The notes under the pieces: model-generated
What the model was told of the DNA's origin: nothing
The model's input: the letters and a program-made list of their open reading frames with translations, nothing else
Database searches by the model: none
Position numbers and translations under genes: made by a program
Source of the DNA: a virus
DNA length: 64,000 nucleotides
Virus record (IMG/VR): IMGVR_UViG_3300047564_003843
Coordinates: 96,705 to 160,704 of that record
Strand: one strand, 5' to 3'
Part shown: positions 37,550 to 46,275 of the stretch, piece after piece
Layout of the letters: every line of letters starts with the position of its first letter
How positions within the stretch are numbered: position 1 is the first letter of the stretch

Positions 37550-38440
37550 TTAGTCGCTAGGAAGTGTCACTCGCATTGCGTAATGAATCGACGGATCTGC
37601 ATACGCAGCTGCAGGGCGAAATGCCTTAATCCGCATGTTATTAATTGTAACATCTGCACCTTGAGCTAAGTTTTCATTCACAATCTCGATTTTACCGAGG
37701 TGAACATCAACTGCTCCAGTTGCATAAATCCACTTGTTAGTAGCAGACGCCGCAGCGTTTGTATCTCCAATTGGACCGTTACCTGTATAACCCGAACCAA
37801 TGACAACGTGAGTTCCAAGACGTGTCATAGCACGACCAGAATTCTCGTCATCTCCCTTCTTATAAATAAGACGGGAACCTAGAATTGAAGCCACATCGCG
37901 AGTCATATGAATGACTGCATTCTCACCAGTAGGTGAGTCTGCAATTGCTTGTTCTAGAATCATTAGTGCGTTCTCTGGCTTTTTAGCTCCAGAAACTGGA
38001 ACAAGTGCATGATTAGCCTTGCTGAGATACATGTTGCCATTGGCAGATGATTCAGCTTGAGCTGCTGCTCCTTCCCAGAATTCTCTTTCTACTGCCTTCT
38101 GTGTTGCTGCCTCAAGCGCACGAGTTACTTGCGCGAAGCGGTCTTCACCAGGAAGGCTAAATGTTGAATCAAATAGTTCTACGTCAACAATAAATGGGAC
38201 GTAATCAAGATAAGTTGTGAACCCAGCGTTATCGGTTAGAGTTCCGTTAGTTACAGACGCATCGTTAACTGTTAAAAGACGAAGATATGAAGGTAGTGTG
38301 TCAAACTCCTGAGAGATATGACGAACCCAACGCTCGTCCCCTTCGCGACCCGTGTGTTTCATAACACGGGCAACGCTTAGGAGACCGCATGGGGCAGGAA
38401 GCAGCTCATTCGCTGGAAATACTCCTCTGAATGTTGCCAT
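37550..38440 (-). CDS. Second capsid protein (pentamer-type / minor capsid)
   Basis: Directly after the major capsid gene; GLLSVA, KAVEREFW, TRLGTHVVIGSGY, WIYATG resemble actinophage 'capsid pentamer' proteins. Confidence 0.6.
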   Translation of the reverse strand: MATFRGVFPANELLPAPCGLLSVARVMKHTGREGDERWVRHISQEFDTLPSYLRLLTVNDASVTNGTLTDNAGFTTYLDYVPFIVDVELFDSTFSLPGEDRFAQVTRALEAATQKAVEREFWEGAAAQAESSANGNMYLSKANHALVPVSGAKKPENALMILEQAIADSPTGENAVIHMTRDVASILGSRLIYKKGDDENSGRAMTRLGTHVVIGSGYTGNGPIGDTNAAASATNKWIYATGAVDVHLGKIEIVNENLAQGADVTINNMRIKAFRPAAAYADPSIHYAMRVTLPSD

Positions 38441-38489
38441 TTCTTACTCCTCGATTCCTAAGCGTTGCCTACGTATTATTTATCGAATT

Positions 38490-40610
38490 TTAGTATTCGA
38501 TTGCAGCAGCGGTTGCGCCACCAGTTGTGTCACGGAGAGCAGCTGCTACACCGTTAACACTGATAGTTGAGGTCACTGCAAGACCCTCGATACCAACCTT
38601 TGCAACACCTTCGAAGGTCTCAACGAACATCTTGTAGTCGTTGGTTCCAACTAGGGAGCTGTCACGGATGATTCCGAGATCAAGAGTTCCACCGTCAAGG
38701 AACAAGAATGTTCCCTCGGAGAACAGATACCAAGTGAAGGAATCTGCGAACTCATTTAGAGCGCCTGTGGACTGTGCGCCATAGACGTTCTGGTCAAGGC
38801 TGAAGCTAACAACTACACCGCGAGCTGCGAGGTAGCCATCGATTTCAGCATATGCATTGAGGGTGCTGTCGCCAGGCATTGACAAGGCGAGGTCTGCAGC
38901 CATTGCATCCTTAACCCATGAAGGGATAATGACGCGAAGTGGTGCATCAGCCTCAAGGCGGTGACGTGAACGGTAAGCAGAAGCAGCGCGAGCAACCTGT
39001 ACTAGGAAGTCACGACCGAACCCGATTAGCGAAGAAGTAGTTACAGCGGTTGAACCAGCTGCAATCTTGCTAAGTAGGTACTGCTCTGCCTCACGAGCGT
39101 GCTGAATCAGACCAAGCTCGTTGTGACGAGCAATTAGTTCTGGGTATGCACGGGTGGCGAGGTTACCAAACTGCATCTGAAGAGTGACAGCGTCAGTTGC
39201 GACGGTTGTCTCAGATGCTGCTGCAACAGTAAGACTTGTCTTAGTTGCTGGGTCTGGAGTAGTAGCTGCATCGTTTGCTGCAGTCCATACACCGACAGCG
39301 TTTGCATAGTCAGTTAGAACTGGTGGAACGATGTAGCGGATACCACCACGGTCAGCTTGGAAACGAGGAAGTGCGTCACGTACTGGACGTGCAGTAGTTC
39401 CTAGCCCGAAGATGTCGTAGCGGACCTCGAAAGGTGCAACGTGTCCACCAGCAGCGACAATCGCCTCTGGGGAAGTTACAGCCTGGATCTTTGCCCAGTT
39501 AGATTCTGCATCCTGAGTAAGGGTGCGCTCTTCTGAGAAAGAGGTAGAGACGGATGCAACGATGTGTTGTTCTCCATCTCCGCCGTTTACACGGCGTAGA
39601 GCATGGATGCGCTTAGCGAAAGCTTCAGCAACATCTGACATGCTTGAAAGCGGGCTGCCAGCTGTTAGACCAGGGATATCAGCACCTGCCGTGATTGCCA
39701 CGGGAGCGGCTGAGACCTGAGCAACAGGACGGCGGTCCGCTGGGACCTCTGGGGTGAGGTCATCTGCATTTGCAGCGGCGGTCACGGGTGCCTCCATTGT
39801 TTCCTGAACCACTACTGGTTCAATTGGTTGGGTTTCTTTAATTGATGCCTCTGCGCCGTCGGCGACATCGGCAGCTGCGTCGTCAGTTTCATCGGAAACT
39901 GCATCTGCAACATCTGAATCAGCAGAAGCATCTGCTTCTGCAGGTGCATCGGTTGATTCAGCTGCAACAGCTTCTTCATCTCCAGATGCGGTTACTGGTA
40001 CCTCAGTAGCGGAAGCTACTTCAGCAACAGGTGCCTCAGTAGCAGGTGCTACCTCAGCTGTCTCGGTTGTGTCAGTTGAGAGCTCAACGGTTTTATCCGC
40101 TTCGGTTGACGCTTCAGACATGGCCTTTTTCTCCTCTTCCTTTTCTTTGTCTGCATCTGTTTCAGCAACAGGTGCTTCTTCAGCTGCAGGTGCGGAATCG
40201 GCAGGAGCTTCAGGAGCTTCCTCAGCAACAGGTGCTGGGGCTTCTTCCTTCTTCTCCTCTTCCATCACAGGTGCTGCCATCTCAGACTTTTCCTCTTCGG
40301 TAGAGTCATCCTTAGCTTCATCTGTTTCTGGCATTTCGCCATCTTCCTTCTTCATGTCGTCGCCATACACACGGGACGCTGCCTCAGCGGCCCGCTGGGC
40401 GAGCTCCTGAACTGCGGCTTCGCGCTGCTTAAGTTCTGACTTAACAGAATCAAGCATGTCGGCAAGCGACGTCATAGCGTCAACTGTCGCAGGAGTGGGC
40501 TCTTCTTTCTCAACCGATTCGAATTCGCTGATAATCGACTTCTGAAGCTCGGCGACTGAAGAGTCGTCAAGGTCAGCAAGCTGATCCATCATTTCTTTGA
40601 TTCGGTCCAC
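38490..40610 (-). CDS. Major capsid protein (hexamer-type) with N-terminal acidic scaffold-like region
   Basis: About 300 aa of acidic/coiled-coil leader, then IVAAGGHVAPFEVRYD, RGGIRY and LDLGIIRDSSLVGTNDY..FVE; SD GGAGG. Confidence 0.85.
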   Translation of the reverse strand: MDRIKEMMDQLADLDDSSVAELQKSIISEFESVEKEEPTPATVDAMTSLADMLDSVKSELKQREAAVQELAQRAAEAASRVYGDDMKKEDGEMPETDEAKDDSTEEEKSEMAAPVMEEEKKEEAPAPVAEEAPEAPADSAPAAEEAPVAETDADKEKEEEKKAMSEASTEADKTVELSTDTTETAEVAPATEAPVAEVASATEVPVTASGDEEAVAAESTDAPAEADASADSDVADAVSDETDDAAADVADGAEASIKETQPIEPVVVQETMEAPVTAAANADDLTPEVPADRRPVAQVSAAPVAITAGADIPGLTAGSPLSSMSDVAEAFAKRIHALRRVNGGDGEQHIVASVSTSFSEERTLTQDAESNWAKIQAVTSPEAIVAAGGHVAPFEVRYDIFGLGTTARPVRDALPRFQADRGGIRYIVPPVLTDYANAVGVWTAANDAATTPDPATKTSLTVAAASETTVATDAVTLQMQFGNLATRAYPELIARHNELGLIQHAREAEQYLLSKIAAGSTAVTTSSLIGFGRDFLVQVARAASAYRSRHRLEADAPLRVIIPSWVKDAMAADLALSMPGDSTLNAYAEIDGYLAARGVVVSFSLDQNVYGAQSTGALNEFADSFTWYLFSEGTFLFLDGGTLDLGIIRDSSLVGTNDYKMFVETFEGVAKVGIEGLAVTSTISVNGVAAALRDTTGGATAAAIEY

Positions 40611-40611
40611 T

Positions 40612-40745
40612 GTCCCTCCTTGGGCAGTTGTGTAGAACGGAAATAGTTCTATCGCTGATTAGTCGAGGCCGAGGGACTCCGAGACGCGCATAATGCGGGG
40701 AGGCACTCCACCTGTTATAAATGGTACTAGCATCTAAAACAGGTG
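40612..40745 (-). promoter_or_regulatory. Putative capsid promoter (-10 TACCAT) inside an inverted repeat, plus a structured 5' leader
   Basis: CACCTGTT-N21-AACAGGTG at 40709-40745; leader GTCCCTC complementary to the SD GAGGGAC. Confidence 0.55.
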
Positions 40746-40775
40746 ATTGGACGGAAAACGCCGTGTTTCTGTCCT

Positions 40776-41498
40776 TTATGTTAGAAGTCTTAATAGCTTC
40801 GCCATCTGACCAGAAATCTCTGATTGATTGTAGAGTTCACTGCCAGACATAAACTTTTTTAGCTCGGCGGTTGCAATATCTGCATCCTCATCGCCAATCT
40901 TTTCCTCAACCCGAGTAATCATGTCTTTCATAAGTTTTTGTAGGGCTGGGGGTACATCAGAGAATCGAATCTTTTCTGCTTGCTCTCCAAAGGCAAATGG
41001 GAGGTTAGCAATAACCTTGCCGAGTTCTGCAGAACTGGCTCGAACGTTCTCTAAAGCTTCAGGATTAAGGGCTTTTGCGTCCAATCGGTCAATAATTCCA
41101 ATTAAATCGTCTGCTGCTTTAGCCGCATTACCGTAGTCACCAGCATTGTCTAAGTTTTCGGCCTCTTCAACCTTGGCAATTACTCGGTCAAGACCAGCAG
41201 TCCCAAGGTCAGACTTTAAACGAGCAAGGACTTGACGGAACTTTCCTGCAGCATCACGAGGTTGAGTTTTAGGGGTGTACTTGCCACGCTCTTCCCCCGC
41301 CTTATCTTGTTTAACTTTTTCTAGCTTTAAGGCTTCAATCTCTTCTTCAGTCAAACCCTCTAATTCTGGGTCTATAGCAAAAAGTGCTTCTGATTTTTCA
41401 GAAATATCACTTTTTATCTCTCCTGCAGCCAACATAGCCTGAGCAGCAGAAATAGCCTCGCGCATTCTAAAAGCTGTGTCTTCAGTGTTTGTAGTCAC
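40776..41498 (-). CDS. Helical head-associated protein with QPRDAAGKF motif
   Basis: GTG start with SD AAGGA; lies between protease and capsid genes. Confidence 0.7.
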   Translation of the reverse strand: MTTNTEDTAFRMREAISAAQAMLAAGEIKSDISEKSEALFAIDPELEGLTEEEIEALKLEKVKQDKAGEERGKYTPKTQPRDAAGKFRQVLARLKSDLGTAGLDRVIAKVEEAENLDNAGDYGNAAKAADDLIGIIDRLDAKALNPEALENVRASSAELGKVIANLPFAFGEQAEKIRFSDVPPALQKLMKDMITRVEEKIGDEDADIATAELKKFMSGSELYNQSEISGQMAKLLRLLT

Positions 41499-41500
41499 TA

Positions 41501-44500
41501 TTAGTCCTTTTTAGATTCAGTTGACTCTTTCGATTCAAGCACTGCAGCAGCGGCTAGGGCACGCTCCCGCATTGAGGCAACTACAGAGTCATCTACTGCA
41601 GCTGCTCCCCACTTCTCTGGGATTAGATTCTCTCGCTTTAGAGCACGAGCACGCTTCATGATGTGCTTGCGAACAAGACCACGCTTACCAGCCTTTGCAC
41701 GACCATAAGCTTGAATTGCGTTCTTCAAATCACCTGGGTTGCGGATTGGGAACGAACCATCTGGCAAAGCCTTACCCTCTTCTGCAAGCTTCTTTCGCTC
41801 ACGGCGAGTAATAACAGCCATTTCTGCTTCAGGGTTGTCGTCAAACATCTGAAGCATGTACTCTGAAGCAGCATCCTCTTCTGCTTTAATGCTTGCCACA
41901 CGGGAAGAAAGCTCTGCCATCTTCTCGGAGAGAGCTGACGCCTGAGACTGCTTGTGAATGTTTTCTAGTGCGTCAATTTTTGAATTTATTTCAGCAATTG
42001 GGTCGTACTTCATTTGAGCAAGAACGTTCGCACCTGCTGCAACCAAAGCCATTACCTGACCTGATGCAACACGAGCACGAGCAATTGGGAATCCTGGAAC
42101 GTTTACTTGGCAAACAGCAACCAACTCAAGGTGTCCCTTGATTGGTCGCCAGTCACCTGATGGAGCTGATGCACGAGCGGCTCTGATTTGCTCGGGGGTT
42201 GTGCCAGGACGTAGTGCGCCTGAAACCCAGATTCCGTAAGCATCTTCACCTGCGTGCACGTCTGCGAATGCTGATGCAGTGTCGTCATAGTGACGTACTG
42301 CTTCTTCAGCAGAAGCTTCTAGACCAGCGTGACCGCCAGCCAAAGTTAGTTGACCAACTGGAACATCCTTACCTTCAGCGGTACGAATTACACCAGTGTG
42401 GAAATATGAATACTTAGAGCGGCTACGTGGAGGACGAGTTCCAAATGCCATTCCGATGTGGTCTACATGCCAAGCAGCAATGTGACCGAATACGCGACCC
42501 TCATCTGTGATGGTGAGTGGAGTCGCTTTATCAAGTTTCTGATTCTCAAACCATTCTGCAGGAGGTTCTACAGGGATAGCACCAGCAACCATGCCGCAAG
42601 CAACAAGTGCTGAAGCATCAAGCGGGTTCACCCCATCTACATAAATACCATCTGGAACTGCCACGGCATCCTCCTCTAACTCGTTGTCATCATCAACGAT
42701 TTGGATATAACACTCTTGAAACGCTGGTTTTGGCACAATCGTGACTGCCATAATCCGAGCATTCTTGATTACTATTCTACCCGCCTCTATCTTCTCTGAG
42801 TCCTCTGAAGCCTCTTCTTCATCAGCTTCAAACATATCCATGTCAGCGGAGACTCCACGGATAAACCCATGACGAACTAGCCTTTCGGCTTCTTTTCCAT
42901 ACTCACCTGTATCGAAAACACCAACGGCATTTCCAATTCCATCTTCGACACGCTCCATGTGGGTAATTTGACCTACAACCACGGAGCCGTCATGTCCTTG
43001 ACCTGTCTTAATCTGCCAAAGTAGCGGCAAAGGTAGGTCACGCATAACTATTACACCTTTATCAAAGATGCGACCATCGCCAGATTCTTTGCCCTCAGGG
43101 ATAACCAAAGGAATCACAAACTTTGCACCATGCTCTGTTGGCTTCGCACCTTCTCGCCCAGCAAACTTGGCTTTTGCGGCTTCAGCACGGGCATTCAAAG
43201 TGAAAGTATCAATAATTTGCTCTTCAGAACGAAGTGCTTCAATACTTGACACTAAAGACTTCTTTTTCATACCTGGATTGCGCTTATCTCCTGGCCACAT
43301 ACCAGTCATCTCTTTATGACGAAGAGCGCAGTAGCCTTTCGAGCGAGGGCCAAGATATTTAGATAGGTAGCGGTCGCAGCGGGTCCAGTCTCCTGGAGAG
43401 TTCCAGCGAATTTTTAATCCACCCTTACCAACTGTCCAGTAGCGTCGTAATTTCTCAGCATTACCGCGGTTCCTGTCAGCACCACCTGCTGCAGTAATTG
43501 CATTAAGGCTTAGTGCCATTCCAACGTTAAAACTTAGAGAAGCAACAATTCCGCCATCAATTTGTGAAACAACGTCTGCTAATTGCTCGTTGCTCAAAAC
43601 AATTGTTGGTGGTGGAGTTGGGCTCTTAAGGTCAGCCATAATCCCTTCGTCGCGCTCCCACTTACGATTACGGCGCTTGAAAGTTGATGGTTGATTTGTG
43701 TCAATTCCAGCAGGAACTACAGCAACTAATTCCATGACTGCAGCAGGGTCATCCTCGGCGACAATTGCAATGTACATAGGAGCAACGTCTGTTTTTTCAG
43801 GGGTAATCTCATAGTTAGGCTTTTTACCCTCAGCTGAAGAAATAATTGACATCTCAAGGTCTGGGTCAAACTTCTTCATGTAATCTTTTGCGCTGACCTT
43901 TTTTACATCCTTAGCAGATTTTTTATCTTCTACCTTTGGTCCAAGATCACCATAAGTACGACTTGGTCTATACCAGCCGTCTCGGTGGTAAGCAGTTTCT
44001 GGGCTTGTAGTGTTTTTGTTTTTCTTATCTAGCCAGTCACGCAAGAGTGGGTTGTTGTAAACATTTTCTGTTGTAGCAGGATTCCAACCTGGCTTTGGAG
44101 TTCCATCTGGATTAAATGACCCTGTGTAGTACTTACCCAAAACGCTGTTGATATCAATGTTTGTGTTTACTGGAGTTGTTCCAGCAGAACTTGGGCTTGG
44201 GTTAGTTGCAGAAACAGGTTGACCTGTGTACTCAGGAGTAAGTCTTTGGTCTGAAACCCAAGTAGTCCAGTCATTCATCATTACTTGCAAACTGTCTGGG
44301 TTTAGTGGAGGAAGACGACCAGGAAGGTTTGCAATTGGGCTATCAATTGGAGCACGAGGCTCACCAAGAATGCCAGATGTGTCTAGCTCGAAGTCAACAA
44401 AACCTTGATTTGAAATTGGCTTGTAATCTTCCGCCAACTGAGTCTGATTTGCAGGAACTGCAACAACTTGTCCACTTGGGAACTCAACATTTGCTTCCTG

Positions 44501-45697
44501 AGTTTGAGCATTAATGGAAAGAATTTTTCCTGTGTACTTAGGATCATTTCCAACAACAACTGTGCTTCCAGCTTTAGCAAATTTTCCTAGCTGGTCGCGA
44601 ACTTGACCCTTTGCCTTCTCGGAGCGCTCTTCAGGAGTGTAGTTGCCATCTTGGTCTGTAGGAGCACCTACAGCAATGAGGCCATCATCCCACTCATCAA
44701 CCTCATAGACGTCGTCTTCTGATAGCTGGTCTAAGAAATTCCAATCAATTTCAGGAATTGCTTTCTCAATTAAGTGTGATTCATCAAAATCAATCATCTG
44801 CACAGAAACTGGACTGAAAGGACTGTTGTCTAGCATTGCAGAAATTTTTACTGCAGATTCACGGTCCACAGGGGTGTGAATTTTTTGCACTTGGTCGTAA
44901 GGGTCGTCAAGTGACTTGTCGTAGGTAATAAAGTCGTGGTCTATATGACCAAGGTCTTCCCAGCTACCGTCATCCCAAACGGTGCAGTAACCTTCCATAT
45001 CTACTTTGTATAGACGGTCAATACCTGATCCATCTAAACGAATACGAATGTAGAAATCGGGTTCGTAATCTGACGGAGTAAATGCGGTGTAGTCAATTCT
45101 TTGTACAGGCATAAACTCATCAATTGATGCAACCACTGAGTTATCTGCACGCTTCTTGTTATCGCGTTCGACAATTGCAGATGCCCAGCGCTTAGCAGCA
45201 TCTCCACCCCAAAGTGCCCATGCGATGCGACCATTACTTGGGTAGTTTTGTTGACCTGGCTTGTAGCCCTTGCCTTTTTTGTCCACTTCGTGGCGTGGAA
45301 AATATTTTGCGATATGACGAATCTTTTGGATACCAATCTGACCACCCTGCGCTAGAGTGCGTGCAGTATTCAGGCCAACAGGTGTGCCACCACGTTTTTC
45401 CTCGCGTCTCCAAGCAAGACCTCTCTTAGCCTCAGCAATAACAGCATCAGGAATTGTGTACATGTTACTGCTATCGCCATTACTTAAAACTTTAATATCT
45501 AAGTCAGTTACAGCTGCGCTCGCTAGCTCTAAAGAAGGAGCTGATGGACTTCCAGCCGAGGTGCTCCACTCTGCAGATGCAAGTAAAACAGCTGTCTTGT
45601 CTACCTGAACAACTGTATTGGTTGACTCATCAACAATAGCTGCCAACTCTTCATTGGAGAAGAGAACATAACTGTCAGTTCTGCCTAGATATTTCAT
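41501..45697 (-). CDS. Multi-domain capsid maturation protease polyprotein (1398 aa)
   Basis: PEGKESGDGRIF...LPLPLLWQ...GHDGSVVVG...GVSADMD (assemblin/HK97-type protease); GRVFGHIAAW; KLRRYW...CALRH; C-terminal ALPDGSFPIRN. Confidence 0.8.
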   Translation of the reverse strand: MKYLGRTDSYVLFSNEELAAIVDESTNTVVQVDKTAVLLASAEWSTSAGSPSAPSLELASAAVTDLDIKVLSNGDSSNMYTIPDAVIAEAKRGLAWRREEKRGGTPVGLNTARTLAQGGQIGIQKIRHIAKYFPRHEVDKKGKGYKPGQQNYPSNGRIAWALWGGDAAKRWASAIVERDNKKRADNSVVASIDEFMPVQRIDYTAFTPSDYEPDFYIRIRLDGSGIDRLYKVDMEGYCTVWDDGSWEDLGHIDHDFITYDKSLDDPYDQVQKIHTPVDRESAVKISAMLDNSPFSPVSVQMIDFDESHLIEKAIPEIDWNFLDQLSEDDVYEVDEWDDGLIAVGAPTDQDGNYTPEERSEKAKGQVRDQLGKFAKAGSTVVVGNDPKYTGKILSINAQTQEANVEFPSGQVVAVPANQTQLAEDYKPISNQGFVDFELDTSGILGEPRAPIDSPIANLPGRLPPLNPDSLQVMMNDWTTWVSDQRLTPEYTGQPVSATNPSPSSAGTTPVNTNIDINSVLGKYYTGSFNPDGTPKPGWNPATTENVYNNPLLRDWLDKKNKNTTSPETAYHRDGWYRPSRTYGDLGPKVEDKKSAKDVKKVSAKDYMKKFDPDLEMSIISSAEGKKPNYEITPEKTDVAPMYIAIVAEDDPAAVMELVAVVPAGIDTNQPSTFKRRNRKWERDEGIMADLKSPTPPPTIVLSNEQLADVVSQIDGGIVASLSFNVGMALSLNAITAAGGADRNRGNAEKLRRYWTVGKGGLKIRWNSPGDWTRCDRYLSKYLGPRSKGYCALRHKEMTGMWPGDKRNPGMKKKSLVSSIEALRSEEQIIDTFTLNARAEAAKAKFAGREGAKPTEHGAKFVIPLVIPEGKESGDGRIFDKGVIVMRDLPLPLLWQIKTGQGHDGSVVVGQITHMERVEDGIGNAVGVFDTGEYGKEAERLVRHGFIRGVSADMDMFEADEEEASEDSEKIEAGRIVIKNARIMAVTIVPKPAFQECYIQIVDDDNELEEDAVAVPDGIYVDGVNPLDASALVACGMVAGAIPVEPPAEWFENQKLDKATPLTITDEGRVFGHIAAWHVDHIGMAFGTRPPRSRSKYSYFHTGVIRTAEGKDVPVGQLTLAGGHAGLEASAEEAVRHYDDTASAFADVHAGEDAYGIWVSGALRPGTTPEQIRAARASAPSGDWRPIKGHLELVAVCQVNVPGFPIARARVASGQVMALVAAGANVLAQMKYDPIAEINSKIDALENIHKQSQASALSEKMAELSSRVASIKAEEDAASEYMLQMFDDNPEAEMAVITRRERKKLAEEGKALPDGSFPIRNPGDLKNAIQAYGRAKAGKRGLVRKHIMKRARALKRENLIPEKWGAAAVDDSVVASMRERALAAAAVLESKESTESKKD

Positions 45698-45699
45698 GA

Positions 45700-45963
45700 T
45701 TATTCCTCTATCACGTATTCTGCTAGGTCCGATTCAGTTAGAGTGTTGGTGTCCCATTTGTCGACTAGCTCACGGGACTTTGTAGCATCTAGTTCAAAAA
45801 CAACTAGCTCTTCAAATTGACCGTCAGTTTCTTCGTAATTAGGAACCCACTTTGAACCTTCGCGGCGGAAATCACCTAGACCTTCTACAAGGTAGGTAAA
45901 GTACTTAATTTCTCTAGTTTTAGGGTCGAGCAAAACCTCTAGAGTTTGAATTCCGTTACTCAT
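45700..45963 (-). CDS. Small acidic hypothetical protein
   Basis: Start moved to the ATG at 45963 (MSNGIQ), overlapping the upstream stop. Confidence 0.65.
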   Translation of the reverse strand: MSNGIQTLEVLLDPKTREIKYFTYLVEGLGDFRREGSKWVPNYEETDGQFEELVVFELDATKSRELVDKWDTNTLTESDLAEYVIEE

Positions 45964-46273
45964 CGGCTTCTGTCTCCTCTTCCTGCTCGTTCCTTGCGAT
46001 TTCATCTAACTCTTCCGCAGAGTAGGGGCGAACTATGTATCTGTTTTCGTATGCCTCAAACTCAATTGTACGCGCCTCATTATTAATGATTAGCTCATTT
46101 TCAGGCACAAAAAACATCTTGTCGTCTACAAGAAGACCGCTTTGGTCTACTTCATCGCCATCGTATGTTTTATAGAGGACTGATTGATAAGGGAGTTTAT
46201 ATGGCTCTGGCTGGGTAAGTCGCTCCAACATGCCTGGAGTGTCGAAAATTATCTTATCTTCTACAAAAGACAT
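45956..46273 (-). CDS. Small acidic hypothetical protein
   Basis: SD GGAGGA; starts 2 nt after the giant ORF stop. Confidence 0.7.
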   Translation of the reverse strand: MSFVEDKIIFDTPGMLERLTQPEPYKLPYQSVLYKTYDGDEVDQSGLLVDDKMFFVPENELIINNEARTIEFEAYENRYIVRPYSAEELDEIARNEQEEETEADE

Positions 46274-46275
46274 GA

